DNA from: an uncultured Lactobacillales bacterium
GTDB lineage: Bacteria; Pseudomonadota; Alphaproteobacteria; CAAHEQ01; UBA3637
Reading direction: 5' to 3'
NCBI GenBank assembly: GCA_964414185.1
Contig: CAYPVK010000005.1
Coordinates: forward strand, 30,876 to 94,875
DNA: 64,000 nt
The notes beneath the pieces were generated by a model. The model worked only from the letters and a program-made list of their open reading frames with translations. It was not told where the DNA came from and searched no databases. Position numbers and translations under genes: made by a program. Of this stretch, positions 63,533 through 64,000 are shown piece after piece (position 1 is the stretch's first letter; each line of letters begins with the position of its first letter).

Positions 63533-63895
63533 ATGAATACTTTTGTTAAATATTTGTCCTTTTTTGCTATCGTGTCTATAGCTTTCTTGGCAACGGATGC
63601 GTTAGCACAAACTGCCGGCGGTGTCGGTAGTAAGGATGCTTTTTCTGTTGTTTTGACACGTATGGTTACGACATTCAGAAACGTTCGTTCCGTGATTTTC
63701 GTCGTCGGCGGTTTCGGTTTGGTCGGTTTGGCCTTTGCCGCTATTTTCGGTAAAGTTAAATGGGCTTGGTTGGCGGCTTTGGCTGTCGGTTTGGCTATCG
63801 TTGCCATCGCCGGTGCGGTTGTTGACTATGTTACGCAAGCAGACTCTGCACAAAACGTATACACACCGAGCCAATTCGGCGATACGTTGTACTAA
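63533..63895 (+). CDS. VirB2/TrbC-family T4SS pilin-like protein
   Basis: AAGGAGG RBS. Sec signal ending ALA, then a mature N-terminus QTAGGVG (compare QSAGGG of VirB2), then two hydrophobic helices (VIFVVGGFGLVGLAFAAIF and WLAALAVGLAIVAIAGAVV) separated by GKVKWA. 120 aa. Confidence 0.45.
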   Translation: MNTFVKYLSFFAIVSIAFLATDALAQTAGGVGSKDAFSVVLTRMVTTFRNVRSVIFVVGGFGLVGLAFAAIFGKVKWAWLAALAVGLAIVAIAGAVVDYVTQADSAQNVYTPSQFGDTLY

Positions 63896-63911
63896 AAAAT
63901 CTTTTGGTTTT

Positions 63912-63942
63912 AAAGGCCGCTTTTTTAAGCGGCCTTTTTTTT
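63912..63942 (+). terminator. Intrinsic terminator after the VirB2-like gene
   Basis: AAAGGCCGC-TTTTTTAA-GCGGCCTTT hairpin followed by T8. Confidence 0.75.
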
Positions 63943-64000
63943 ATATCGACCTTGTCGGGATTTTTTAATTTTGTTTCGGTTTTTCCAATACATTATTCCG

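Noticed and set aside
63533-63895. Considered as the missing type IV (class III) prepilin of the pil-like operon
   Set aside because: It has no short basic leader ending in Gly followed by an F/M-T-L-I-E hydrophobic N-terminus. It has a Sec-type signal and the two-helix VirB2/TrbC architecture instead.

Overview
A 64-kb chromosomal segment from a low-GC Gram-negative bacterium, most likely an alphaproteobacterium. The rpmF-plsX-fabH-ihfA-merR and tpiA-secG-kdsA-eno gene orders support that placement, and an ankyrin-repeat protein plus a VirB2-like pilin suggest a host-associated lifestyle. About 60% of the window is housekeeping: htpG, pgm, a GTP-type pckG, bamD, recN, ligA, hom, hslO, hisS, tsaC, a tRNA-Lys(UUU), a macA-macB-tolC-marR efflux operon with a divergent MATE pump, and a five-gene glycosyltransferase cluster. 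The main accessory feature is at the right end. There a tightly packed minus-strand operon encodes homologues of the R64/PAPI-1-type type IVb pilus machinery (pilL-like lipoprotein, pilN-like lipoprotein secretin, pilO-, pilP-, pilQ-like ATPase, pilR-like platform) and ends in an intrinsic terminator. I find no prepilin, prepilin peptidase or pilV gene. Directly downstream of that terminator sit two tandem paralogous APH/ePK-like kinase-fold genes under a perfect TTGACA-N17-TATAAT promoter. Divergent from the operon is a VirB2/TrbC-like pilin gene. Other points of interest are two tandem HExxH-motif proteins, one split by a frameshift, and an XRE regulator gene frameshifted inside a homopolymer tract that lies in a 900-bp non-coding region with competing RNA helices. 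I also note a TM-anchored ankyrin-repeat protein, a secreted transglutaminase-like protein whose catalytic Cys/His positions are not conserved, and a 24-aa hydrophobic peptide ORF. No CRISPR array, integrase, transposase or prophage signature is visible.
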